Assembly (NCBI GenBank): GCA_963780185.1
Contig: CAWABA010000004.1
Span: forward strand, 64,001-128,000
DNA length: 64,000 bases
From: Candidatus Bathyarchaeota archaeon
GTDB lineage: Archaea; Thermoproteota; Bathyarchaeia; Bathyarchaeales; Bathycorpusculaceae
Reading direction: 5' to 3'
The translations under genes and the position numbers were made by a program. Position 1 is the stretch's first letter, and every line of letters begins with the position of its first letter. Positions 27,062 to 36,993 of this stretch are shown here, one piece after another. The notes under the pieces were generated by a model. That model worked only from the letters and a program-made list of their open reading frames with translations, did no database searches and was not told where the DNA came from.

Positions 27062-28420
27062 TTAGTGGCTTTTTCGGTGCCTTGCATAGAGCAGCACCAA
27101 TAACGAAGCAATTGCAGCCAACAAAATCGCCACAACAGTTACGAAAACAGTTGCTGGCACGGAAAAAGCTAAGGGACCAGCGGGTTTTGTGGTTGATGCT
27201 GAAGTCGAGGAAGGCGTCGGGCTGGAAAAAGAGAGTGCTGGAGAGGGACTTGGAGAAGCTGTTGGGATAGGTGTAGAAGTTTGAGTAGGAATTGTTGGCG
27301 CTTGGGGGTTTGGCGCGGTTAAGAACGGAACAAATGTTACTGTGCCTAAGTTGAAATCGTCCTTAGAGTCACGAATGGACTGGCTGATGACTGATTGATT
27401 AGTTGTTCCCCACCAGTTATTGGCTGCATTAATATTGTTCGGTGTTTCACAGTCAATCAAGTATCTGGATATTTCCTCAAAGTTGTTGTTAGCAAGAGTC
27501 AGATTACCTGTCATAGTTGAATCTACCAAGATTCCAGTAGAACTGCCTACGACCGTGTTGTCTTGAATGGTGATGTCTGATTGAGGTCCTGAGGCTTTTA
27601 TTCCAACTAAGGAAGACTGAATTAGCAGTAGGTTATTTTGGATTGTCGCTTCTCCTGAAGCAATAATACACATATTATAATTTCCTGTAATTGTGTTGCC
27701 GCTGACAAATGATACGTCGGTTTCATCCAAAGCGTACCGGGAACCTAAGGCAATTGCAAAGTTGCCGCCTCCCGTTATGGTGTTGTCTGTTATTGTTGGT
27801 GAACCAGCTGAGACTGTGACTCCGGAGCCTAATGTGTTTCCAGAAATAGATGGAGACCCACCCCACTCCAAGATGGAAAGATGAGAATTATCGGAGATTA
27901 CCGAAGAACCGCCTTCAATCAGTAACGCCGCTCCTTGAGTGTTTGTTATTTTGGAAGAGGCGTCTATCGCGATTTGGGTCGAGTTAAAAACCGCGTTGCT
28001 AATTATGCAGCCTGATCCATCTTGTTCATTCCAGCTGGTACTCGATGGGTAGAAGGTTATTCCGGCTGGAGTAAATGGACCGAAAGGATTATTCACATCC
28101 ATAGAGCTGCCGCCGCTTATTTGGATTGGATTTGCGTTTGTACCTATAGCGATAAGGGTTCCGTTAACTTGCATGTAATAACTGTTCAGGTTCACCATGG
28201 CTCCAGGTTGGATTGTCAATGTAATGCCTTGAGCGACAGCAACCGGGCCAGTGAGACTGTACGGACTACCACCTCGGGTCCAAATAGCATCAGAAGATAT
28301 TATGCCATTCTCAGTTGTCCCATTTTGAGCCAACCCGTACGGCATGGACCCAACCAGTGCAATTCCTGCTAAGACAGCCAAAATGAGAAGAATCCCCAAG
28401 GTCTTGTGGAAATGGCTCAT
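27062..28420 (-). CDS. Secreted right-handed beta-helix (NosD-like) surface protein with a Pro/Thr linker and C-terminal TM anchor
   Basis: Signal peptide, W...SPY, I..N.I repeats, NAANNWWG, PTPS tail, TM+RHRK. Confidence 0.85.
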   Translation of the reverse strand: MSHFHKTLGILLILAVLAGIALVGSMPYGLAQNGTTENGIISSDAIWTRGGSPYSLTGPVAVAQGITLTIQPGAMVNLNSYYMQVNGTLIAIGTNANPIQISGGSSMDVNNPFGPFTPAGITFYPSSTSWNEQDGSGCIISNAVFNSTQIAIDASSKITNTQGAALLIEGGSSVISDNSHLSILEWGGSPSISGNTLGSGVTVSAGSPTITDNTITGGGNFAIALGSRYALDETDVSFVSGNTITGNYNMCIIASGEATIQNNLLLIQSSLVGIKASGPQSDITIQDNTVVGSSTGILVDSTMTGNLTLANNNFEEISRYLIDCETPNNINAANNWWGTTNQSVISQSIRDSKDDFNLGTVTFVPFLTAPNPQAPTIPTQTSTPIPTASPSPSPALSFSSPTPSSTSASTTKPAGPLAFSVPATVFVTVVAILLAAIASLLVLLYARHRKSH

Positions 28421-28445
28421 AATCCAGTCTGAGGAATTGATGGCG

Positions 28446-28500
28446 ATAAAAGCATTCTCGTAAATTTATCTTGACTAAGTTAAGTCAAGGTTTCTTGACT
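28446..28500 (-). promoter_or_regulatory. Operator-promoter module A (TTGACT-N6-AGTCAA plus an extra half-site, BRE/TATA)
   Basis: Aligns without gaps to 31947-32001. Confidence 0.7.
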
Positions 28501-28504
28501 GGAA

Positions 28505-28801
28505 TTAGCCGCCGCCTACTGGAGGCAGAATCGCTAATACATCCCCGTCCCGAAGCTCCGTTTCCAAGCCGTTCATGGTTGAGGTGCTGTTTCCGTTGAC
28601 GAGGAACTGCAAGAAACTTTTAGGCTGCCCAGTTGTGCCGTCATAAACGTAATCCTTGAAGGCAACGCCATATTTTTCTGAGAGCATTTTGAGGACAGAG
28701 TCAACCGTTGCCTTCGTGCCCGTGGGGAGAGTTAGGGTTTCTTCTCTTTTGTTCACGATTTCCCGCAGGGAAGTGAAGAAGCGAACTTTAACCTCGACCG
28801 T
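28505..28801 (-). CDS. Ubiquitin-like SAMP/MoaD-ThiS protein (probable ACG start at 28801)
   Basis: (M)VEVKVRFFTSLREIV...LVNG...LRDGDVLAILPPVGGG. Confidence 0.9.
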   Translation of the reverse strand, partial: TVEVKVRFFTSLREIVNKREETLTLPTGTKATVDSVLKMLSEKYGVAFKDYVYDGTTGQPKSFLQFLVNGNSTSTMNGLETELRDGDVLAILPPVGGG

Positions 28802-28876
28802 TTCGATTCACCGTTACCTACTAATGCGAAAACCTGAAAAATAACCGTTGCGCCAAACGCAACCATTCAAACTTGA

Positions 28877-29021
28877 TTAACCAGAGACTACCCCTGAATC
28901 GCCGTGTCCGAGGTTGATGAGAAATCTTGGCTGAGGCTCTGGAAAATTTAAGGAAGAAAAGACGGACATGGGGAATTGCAGTATATCCATCTCGGTGAGT
29001 TTAACCAGAGACCTCAGCCAA
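28877..29021 (-). ncRNA. Candidate structured RNA (unknown family)
   Basis: Long stem 28927-28942/29005-29021, 12-bp direct repeat TTAACCAGAGAC, BRE-TATA (GGAAAAATAATATAT) ~25 nt upstream on the minus strand. Confidence 0.5.
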
Positions 29022-29240
29022 TAATTAGGAAGTTGCAGCTAGTTACATATATTATTTTTCCTTCTACGAGCATAAATGTTACAAAAATGAAGTGAATTGT
29101 TTAGAAGCATTTAAAAAAAGGCTCAAAACCACTTGGAAAATAGCGGAGTTTTTTTGTGGAAATTGGTTGATGTTTTCCATCGGACAGTATTTGCAATCTT
29201 AGCAAAGCAACAGTTTATAAAAAGCTAATTAGGGATAGCC

Positions 29241-29714
29241 ATGTGGGGAGACAATAAGCCCATGCTGATCGAAACCGCAACCATCGACGATGCTACAGAG
29301 ATATTATCTCTTCAGAAGCTAGCTTACCTAGGCGAGGCAGAGATATACAACGACCTTTCTATTCCGCCGCTAGTTGAGTCTCTCAACGAGTTGAAGCAAA
29401 TTTTTAAAAGCCACATCTTTCTGAAAGCAACGGTTAATGGAAAAATCGTCGGGTCAGTCAGGGCATTTGAGAAAGACGGCACATGCTACGTTGGCAGGCT
29501 AATGGTTCACCCCGACTTTCAGAACAAAGGTAACGGCACGAAGCTTCTGCTGAAAACTGAGTGCGTATTTGCTTCTTGCCTCAGGTTTGAGCTTTTTACA
29601 GGAAGCAAGAGCTTCAAGAATATTCACCTGTATGAGAAGCTCGGTTACAAGGCATTTAAGACTGAGGAAGTCTCGGGCAATTTAAAGCTTGTATTTCTTG
29701 AAAAGCTGAAATGA
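29241..29714 (+). CDS. GNAT N-acetyltransferase
   Basis: IVGSVRA...GRLMVHPDFQNKGNG...LYEKLGY. Confidence 0.9.
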   Translation: MWGDNKPMLIETATIDDATEILSLQKLAYLGEAEIYNDLSIPPLVESLNELKQIFKSHIFLKATVNGKIVGSVRAFEKDGTCYVGRLMVHPDFQNKGNGTKLLLKTECVFASCLRFELFTGSKSFKNIHLYEKLGYKAFKTEEVSGNLKLVFLEKLK

Positions 29715-29756
29715 ACCGACTTGTTTATCTCTTAAGCACATTTTAGAGTACTTTAA

Positions 29757-30545
29757 ATGCAGAGGCTCAGCGGTATGAAGTTAAGTTTGTCTAACGGATT
29801 ATTCAGTAAGCTACGCTTGGATGGGAACTTCGCGGCTGTTAAGCAACTCGGGTTTGAAAACATCGAGTTTAACATGAAAGCCATAAAGAAAGAGCACGAC
29901 AGAGACGTTTACCGGGAACAGAAGGCGTTGGCGGCTTCGGGGCTGAACTGCTTAACTCTTCACTCAGCTATTCTGCACGTGAAAGACCCCATCGAGGTGC
30001 ATCAAGCGGTTTACTATGGCAAAATCTCGCTTGAATGTGCCCGCGCACTTGGCGTTTCACTTATGACCGTGCATTCAAACGTTTCAAAGAAGCTTCCCCG
30101 CAACGTCAGAGAAAGATGCCTCAACGAGATTTTTAATGATGAAATCAAACCTTTCGCGAAAAAGCTGGGCATAAAGTTGGCTTTGGAAAACCTTTCCTAC
30201 ACGTCAACGGGGTTTGGCAAAAACGTTGAGCAGCTTGAAGAAATCCTATCGGTCATAGACGACGAAGGTACCATGGGGATAACGTTTGATTTGTGCCACG
30301 CGTTGGAAACCAAGCAAACGGACAGTCTTCTTGAGAAGTATGGCAGCCGCGTCTGCAACGTTCACATGGCAAACAAAGCACATCAACCGTTCACCGAACC
30401 CAAACCCGAACTCCTATCCTTTCTGATAAAGTTACACTGCTTCGGCTACGATGGCCCCATAACGCTGGAGCTTGTGCACGACACGTCTATGGAAGAAATT
30501 GCAAAAAGCAAAGCCCTCTTTGACAGGCTTCTAAGCGAGTTTTAG
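29757..30545 (+). CDS. Sugar-phosphate isomerase/epimerase (AP endonuclease 2 TIM barrel)
   Basis: GFENIE, LALEN, TFDLCH, NVH, GYDGPITLE. Confidence 0.85.
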   Translation: MQRLSGMKLSLSNGLFSKLRLDGNFAAVKQLGFENIEFNMKAIKKEHDRDVYREQKALAASGLNCLTLHSAILHVKDPIEVHQAVYYGKISLECARALGVSLMTVHSNVSKKLPRNVRERCLNEIFNDEIKPFAKKLGIKLALENLSYTSTGFGKNVEQLEEILSVIDDEGTMGITFDLCHALETKQTDSLLEKYGSRVCNVHMANKAHQPFTEPKPELLSFLIKLHCFGYDGPITLELVHDTSMEEIAKSKALFDRLLSEF

Positions 30546-30804
30546 GGTTCAGGCAGGTTTTGGTTCACTCTATGGTGCAACAGCGGCAGACGCATTTTGC
30601 GCGTTTATAAGCGTGGGCTCCCTTATGTAGGCTGAAGAGTTTCTTTTGTTCTCTGGGTAATTGTCCAGTCACTGATTCTTTTCTGAGATAAGGAGAAGAA
30701 GGGGTAAAAAAACATGTATTTTATGGTTGGAGCATGGGCTCTGGAAGAAAATCTGCGGGAAAATTCCTGCAAAACAAGAGTCGCGCAAACGGGGGATTCA
30801 GTTT

Positions 30805-31011
30805 ATGGTTAATATAGGCGACGCGATGAAGTGCCCGGAATGTCAATCGTTAGGGTCCGTTGTCTGGCTCTCGCTTGACAAAAAAACGATGGGTGTGCGG
30901 TGCCACATGAGCCATCGGGAAGCGATTAGACCAGCATCTAAATACGGCGGAAAAGTAGCTGTCTCAACCAAGTCCAGAAAAAACGTGGTTTTCATAACGG
31001 CTGTAGGCTGA
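30805..31011 (+). CDS. Small zinc-ribbon protein
   Basis: MVNIGDAMKCPEC...RCHMSH. Confidence 0.6.
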   Translation: MVNIGDAMKCPECQSLGSVVWLSLDKKTMGVRCHMSHREAIRPASKYGGKVAVSTKSRKNVVFITAVG

Positions 31012-31091
31012 ATTTAGCGGACTTGAGCGGCTTTTTTCTGCTCTTTTTTTAAATCGCAATCATCGGGGATCGAACATAATTGTTTTCGTTG

Positions 31092-31403
31092 TTATAGAAC
31101 GTAGACGTCTTGTATGGTTACTAACCCGTTGTCCCCGACTATCCGTTTTAGCTCTGGCAGAAGCGGTTCAAGCTTTGACTGCTCATCAATCACTTCAACT
31201 ATTATAGGCATGTTAACCGTAACGCCTTCAAGCTTCAGAGTGGACTTACCCCGTTTACCAAACCCGTCCACACCCGTCCAAACGGTGGCGCCGCTGACTC
31301 CAGCTTTGGTCAAAAGGTCTATGACGAGGGGTTCAAGCCGTTTGCCGCCGACCTCATCGTTCCGTTTGAATCTTACCGTTAAACTCCACATTTTAAGCCT
31401 CAC
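31092..31403 (-). CDS. DUF190 PII-like protein
   Basis: GVSGATVWTGVDGFG...PIIVEVID; overlaps crcB. Confidence 0.9.
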   Translation of the reverse strand: MRLKMWSLTVRFKRNDEVGGKRLEPLVIDLLTKAGVSGATVWTGVDGFGKRGKSTLKLEGVTVNMPIIVEVIDEQSKLEPLLPELKRIVGDNGLVTIQDVYVL

Positions 31404-31789
31404 CTTACTATCCGCTCCATCAACTCGTTCCCCACCACTTTCCCACCTAGCACCGCGCCTAAAGACAATCCAACATTCGCTAAAATGTTCAGCGCAACTA
31501 GGATAAAGCGGTTGCTATCCATGAGGTTGCTGGTTTCCAGCGCGAAGGACGACATTGTTGTGAATGCTCCGCAGAACCCAGTGGCGACAAGCAGGGTGTA
31601 GTTTGAATCCAAGTTCAAGGCAACAGCGAGAACGGAGAATAACCCAAGGATGAAGCTGCCAAGAATGTTTACAGCTAAAACGTTGACGGGCAAGCCGCCG
31701 ATGGTTTTGGGTGAAGCAACCATTACGTAACGGAGAAAAGCGCCCACTACTGCGCCAGCCGCCAGCAATGCGAATTCTATCATTTTCAT
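31400..31789 (-). CDS. crcB: Fluoride channel CrcB/FluC
   Basis: GAFLRY, VNILGSF, TGFCGAFTTMSSFALE. Confidence 0.93.
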   Translation of the reverse strand: MKMIEFALLAAGAVVGAFLRYVMVASPKTIGGLPVNVLAVNILGSFILGLFSVLAVALNLDSNYTLLVATGFCGAFTTMSSFALETSNLMDSNRFILVALNILANVGLSLGAVLGGKVVGNELMERIVR

Positions 31790-31812
31790 GTGTGCCTACC
31801 TTGTTTTCGTTT

Positions 31813-31878
31813 GGGTAGGCATTATCAGCGTCCATCGGAGCAGTTCTGACCAGGCGGTCAAGGCTAATGCCATAGCGC
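31813..31878 (-). ncRNA. Fluoride (crcB) riboswitch, variant
   Basis: GCTATGGCATTAGCC-TTGACCGCC...GCTGATAATGCCTAC; P1 GCUA/UAGC, pseudoknot GGCAUU/AAUGCC; ~25 nt upstream of crcB. Confidence 0.85.
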
Positions 31879-31946
31879 AGATTTAGCTCAAAAATACGGC
31901 TGAAACATTTAAGCCTATTGGGCTGCCTCAAGCGTTTTTGTTGGTT

Positions 31947-32001
31947 AGTCAAGAAAATTTGACTGAGTTTAGTCAAGAAACCTTAACGAGAACCCTTTAA
32001 T
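31947..32001 (+). promoter_or_regulatory. Operator-promoter module B
   Basis: AGTCAAGAAAatTTGACTgagtTTAGTCAAGA...ACGAGAA..CTTTAAT. Confidence 0.7.
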
Positions 32002-32025
32002 GGTAAATCGCCCCCAAACCAAACC

Positions 32026-33016
32026 ATGAGCCCCTTGAGTAAGATTCTCCCGTTTACTTATTGTTCTCTTGTTAGTAGCCTGCAGTTTAATTGCGGCTAA
32101 GCCAGCTTGCGCCCAGTTGCCGACGCCATCTCCGCCCCAATTCACTGTCAGATACGTCGGATTACTCTTATGATGTGCCGCCGACTTATGCGATTGACCA
32201 GTACACGGGACAAAACATAACCACAAGCGCTGGCTACCAAGTGGACAACAGAACCGTCGAATTCACAATCAGCAACCAACCCTATGTACCCAGCACTGAC
32301 ACGAACGGAAACACAATAGGGTTATACTACAACTTCCGATACAAAGGACACTACAGCCTCGACTGGAACTACTACCCATTCACTTACTGGACCAACAACC
32401 AAGTGACCACAATGCAGACCACCCACTCCTACGGAGCATACTCAGGTGGCTTCTTCCAACCCTACTCAGCTTCAAACACAGCATACACCGTCATAACGGT
32501 CCCACTGTACGACTTGACAAGCTATCCAGGCGGCCCACAAATTCCCAGCGGGGCCAAGTTGACTTCGAAGTACAAGCACAGTTGGGGTACATCTGCGACA
32601 TACCTTCAGGCTTGCTGGCAGGAGACTTCTACAATTTCACGGGGCAAACAAGCCCATGGAGCGACCTGCAGACACTAAACATCGGGCAAACCAATCCAAG
32701 CGCAACCCCCGCTACGCCGACAAACCAGACAGCCTTAGTTATTGATGCCCCGATTCCCACAGATACGCCCACACCAACACCTGCATCAACCGCCACGTCG
32801 CCCACTTCAACATCAGGCAACCAAGACGCAACGCAGGCACCAAGCCAGCCCAGCCTCTACTCAACAGCGACTAAACCAAGCTTCAACTGGATTGAAGCCG
32901 TCACGGTCGCCAGCTTAGGCGTTTTCGCCATATTAGCAGGCATCATCGTTTACATGCGGAGAAGAATTCGGGTTTTGGAGAACAAGATTGGGAATTCGAA
33001 TCGAAGGGGAGATTGA
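32026..33016 (+). CDS. Secreted surface protein with a Pro/Thr linker and C-terminal TM (frameshifted in this sequence)
   Basis: ATG32026 signal peptide; YDVPPTY.IDQYTG, YYNFRYKGH, GQTSPWSDLQTL fragments across frames. Confidence 0.7.
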
Positions 33017-33019
33017 CAG

Positions 33020-33923
33020 ATGAATTTGGCTCAAGCATGTGGCGTGCTCTTGGTGGCTTCGATGGTTGGCGGGTTGGCTTTAGGCATCAATTTTGGCTTG
33101 GTGCAGGGTCAATCCGCTATACCTACGCCTTCTGTTCCCAGTTTTGCACTCTACTACGTTGATCATCCATATGACGTTGCGCCAGTGGCGCCGACTTACA
33201 CGACAAACCCCTACACGGGAGAAACACAGCAGACCAGCCCAGGGTCGCCAGGATACCATGTGGACAACACGTCTATTGAGTTGTGGATTTTGAACCAACA
33301 GTATATTTACTATTCAAACTACCACCTTTACTACGACGTCAGAACAAGAGGCCATTTCGAACAAAATTGGACAGACGTTTACCCAACAGAACAACGAATG
33401 CGAACCGCAAACTGGACTGATCTACACCATACATCCAAAATCCCACCCCAATGCAATCAAACTCCCTATACACTGTCCTCTCGTTTTCAGCCACCTCATC
33501 ACCTGTCAATGTCTATCCGCAAACTTACTATCCGCCAAACGCCACGATCGATTTCCAAGTCGCGGCATTCGTGGGACACGATTCAAAATCTTTCCAAAAC
33601 GAACACATCATGACATTCCCATAGGTGAATACATTGCAGCGGTCGCATTTGACACCCAAAGTGACTGGAGCACAATTCAGACCCTAACCATATCAAACGA
33701 CTCCCTCACAACCGCTACACCAGACAACCCAACGCTGCCTCCAACACCAACCCCGATACCGCTTTCAACTCCAACACCGCAAATAACAGCGCCGCCAGCG
33801 ACAATCACACCAACACCAACTTCCACCGCTTCTGTTCCCGAGCTTTCCTGGCTGATAATCTTGCCTTTGCTCGCTCTCACTCTGTCTTTTGCGGCTACCA
33901 TTAGACTTAAGAAGTGGGCTTAG
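33020..33923 (+). CDS. Paralogous secreted surface protein (frameshifted in this sequence)
   Basis: IPTPSVP.F...YDV...NPYTG...YYDVRTRGHF; SDWSTIQTL; PT tail; VPEL+TM. Confidence 0.7.
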
Positions 33924-34025
33924 GCACCCTAACGCAAAGTCGCCTACCTCTCTTTCAAGAAAGAGGGTTTTCCGAAACCTAAAATAAGCTGGCAACAAAA
34001 TTGTACCCATCTGAGGTTTAATGCC

Positions 34026-35280
34026 GTGTCATCCATCATCGAAGACCTCATTGCAGGAAAGTTTTCAACAACCGCGGAGAAGAAACCATAGAGGTTGACG
34101 TAATCACCACAGGCGGCTTCGGACGTGCCGCGGCTCCCGCTGGAAAAAGCCGTGGGAAAGCTGAGGTGGTTTATTACCCACAGGGCGGAGTCGAAGCAGC
34201 CATCAAAAAAGTTGACGACTTAATTGCCCCTGAACTTGCGGGTTTGAACGCGGATTTCCAAGAGGAAATCGACAGCACCCTGCATGAAGTGGATGGGTCA
34301 ACCGATTTTAAGAACATCGGCGGAAACACAGCCTTCGCCATCTCACTTGCCAACGCCGAAGCAGCCGCCAACAGCCACGGGCTTTTGCTATTTCCAGTTT
34401 CTCGGTGGAAACGCCGCGACCACGCTGCCGTACCCGCTTGGCAACTGCATAAGCGGCGGTCAACATGCACGGGGCAAATGCGCCAGACATTCAGGAATAT
34501 CTTGCGTTGCCGAGTGGCGCTGAAACCTTTGTTGAGGCGCAGACGGCGAACACTCAGATTCACCGAAAAATCGGGGATTCACTCAAGAAGAAAAGTACAA
34601 CTTTTAACGGCGGCAAAAGCGACGAGGGCGCATGGATAGCTAACATTGACACGACTGACGCGTTTGAAGTTATCGCGAAAGCCTGTGAAGAAGTCGGCAA
34701 CGAACTTGACTTTGAATGCGGCTTCGGCATAGACGTCGCTGCGTCTTCGCTTTGGAAGCCAAAAGAAGAAAAATACGTGTTGGAAAGCGAAGGCAAAAAA
34801 CTTGAAACAGCCGAGACAGCTGGAGTTCCTGCTTGAATTGATCGAAAAATACCATCTCGCCTACGTGGAAGACCCGTTCCACGAGGAAGACTACGAAAGC
34901 TTCGCTGAATTAACCCGCAAATCCAAAAACTGCCTTAATCTGCGGCGATGATTTATTCACAACTAATACTGAAAGGTTAAATAATGGAATCAAGATTAAC
35001 GCTGGAAACGCTATCATAATAAAAGTCAACCAGATAGGCACTCTTAGCGATGCGGCTCAAACGATTGAAACAGCGCAGAGGCACGGGTACGACCCTGTTG
35101 TTTCGCACCGTTCAGGAGACACATGCGACTGGCACATTGCCCATTTAGCCGTCGCGTACAGTGCCCCTCATCAAAACAGGCGTCGTGGAAGGCGCACGCA
35201 TAGCTAAACTCAATGAGCTCATAAGGATCGAAGATTTCCTTGGGAACAGAGCCAAAATGGCTGATTTAAAAATACGCTAA
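34026..35280 (+). CDS. eno: Enolase (several single-base indels in this sequence)
   Basis: [58 protein letters not shown] found across frames. Confidence 0.9.
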
Positions 35281-35296
35281 CAGAGAAAGTGAAAGT

Positions 35297-36120
35297 ATGT
35301 CTGAAGACGAAGTAAAAGATAATCAACCAGAAGAAAACGAAGAAGAAAACCCAGAGGAACCCGTAGAAGAGGAAGCTGCCCCAGAAGAACAGCAAGTTGA
35401 GGAACCTGCAACAGAAGCAGAAACTGAGGAAGAAACTCAACCAGCTGAAGGCGAAGAGGCCGAGGAAGCGGAGGCACCCCGACTCCAGAAGCAGCGCCAG
35501 GAGAAGAGTTGCTTTTGCCACGCGACACATTGCTGTCAGCAGGCATCCACATCGGCACCCGAATGAAAACCCTGGACATGGAGCCATTCATCTACCGAGT
35601 CCGCCCAGACGGGTTATTCGTACTTGACGTTAAAAAAACGGACGACCGAATCAGAGTCACCGCCAAGTTCCTGTCACGTTATGAACACGCCAAAATCTCC
35701 GTGGCAGCAACCAGACTTTACGCGCAGGAACCAATCAAAATGTTCTGCAAACTCACAGGCGCAACACCGCTTATCGGCAGATTCATTCCTGGGCAACTGT
35801 CAAATCCGCAGTATCCAGGCAGAATCGACCCTGAAGTCATCGTTGTCTGCGACCCACGTGCAGACGCGCAGGCAGTCAAAGAAGCCAGCAACGTCGGCAT
35901 CCCAATCGTCGCGTTATGCAGCACCGACAACGAATTCTCAGGCGTAGACCTCGTCATCCCAACCAACAACAAAGGCAGAAGAGCATTAGCCGTCATATTC
36001 TGGCTTCTGGCAAGGCAAGTGCTCCGTGAAAGAGGAGAACTTGGACCAGACAAAGACCCACCAGTAACCATCGATGACTTTGAAGCTAAAGTGACACGCG
36101 AAGAGGAGGAGGAACCCTAA
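35297..36120 (+). CDS. rps2: 30S ribosomal protein uS2 with an acidic N-terminal extension (one frameshift ~35480)
   Basis: LLSAGIHIGT...GRFIPG...DPRADAQA...PTNNKGRRAL. Confidence 0.93.
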
Positions 36121-36125
36121 AGCAG

Positions 36126-36977
36126 TTGCCGACCCTTCGGCGCCCAACCGTCGCAGGACAATTTTATGAAGCCGACGCCGAAGAGCTCAGAGCACAAATT
36201 AAAAGTTGTTTCCTCCGCAAACTTGGTCCGCAGAAACTTCCAGAAGTAAACCTTAGTTCCCACCCGCGAAGCATCGTCGGGTTAATTTGCCCCCACGCGG
36301 GCTACATGTATTCAGGTCCCGTGGCTGCATCTGCTTTTTACGAGTTAGCCCAAGACGGCAAACCTGACACCGTGGTTCTTTTAGGCCCAAACCACACAGG
36401 CTACGGCAACGCGCTTAGCATGATGAGGGAGGGTGTTTGGCAGACCCCGCTTGGCAAAGTCGAAGTAGACACGGCGTTGGCTGACCAGATACGACAAGAA
36501 ACCAGCCTCATCGACATAGACGAAGCCGCCCACCGCTACGAGCACTCCCTTGAAGTGCAGTTGCCGTTTCTGCAATTTCTCTATGGAGACGAATTCAAGA
36601 TTGTTCCCATCTGCTTTCTGATGCAGGATTACGATTCCGCTTTTGAGGTTGGAAGCGCGCTTGAAGAAGCCTTGGACGCAACGAACACGGTGGTTATCGC
36701 TTCTTCGGACATGACGCATTATGAGCCGGCAAAGTTGGCTGCTGAAAAAGACCAAGCGGCTCTCAAAGCCGTGACGGATCTGGATGCCAAACGCTTCTAC
36801 GAAACCGTTGAGGCAAAAAACATCACGGCGTGCGGCTACGCGCCGATAACTGCCTTAATCACTTATGCTGGCGGCGTCTGCGCTAAAGCGCAACTGCTGA
36901 GCTACCATAACAGCGGCGACATAACAGGCGACCACTCCAGCGTAGTAGGCTACGCAGCAGTAAGCTTCAGAAAATAA
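36126..36977 (+). CDS. MEMO1 family protein (AmmeMemoRadiSam protein B)
   Basis: RRPTVAGQFY, PHAGYMYSG, GPNH, EHSLEVQLPF, ASSDMTHY, VVGYA. Confidence 0.93.
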   Translation: MPTLRRPTVAGQFYEADAEELRAQIKSCFLRKLGPQKLPEVNLSSHPRSIVGLICPHAGYMYSGPVAASAFYELAQDGKPDTVVLLGPNHTGYGNALSMMREGVWQTPLGKVEVDTALADQIRQETSLIDIDEAAHRYEHSLEVQLPFLQFLYGDEFKIVPICFLMQDYDSAFEVGSALEEALDATNTVVIASSDMTHYEPAKLAAEKDQAALKAVTDLDAKRFYETVEAKNITACGYAPITALITYAGGVCAKAQLLSYHNSGDITGDHSSVVGYAAVSFRK

Positions 36978-36993
36978 GGGTAAGCAGCGGTTT

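Noticed and set aside
32026-35510. Apparent pseudogenes or programmed frameshifts in two surface proteins, eno and rps2
   Set aside because: Many single-base indels cluster in one stretch and hit essential genes whose motifs are intact, which is best explained by sequencing or assembly error
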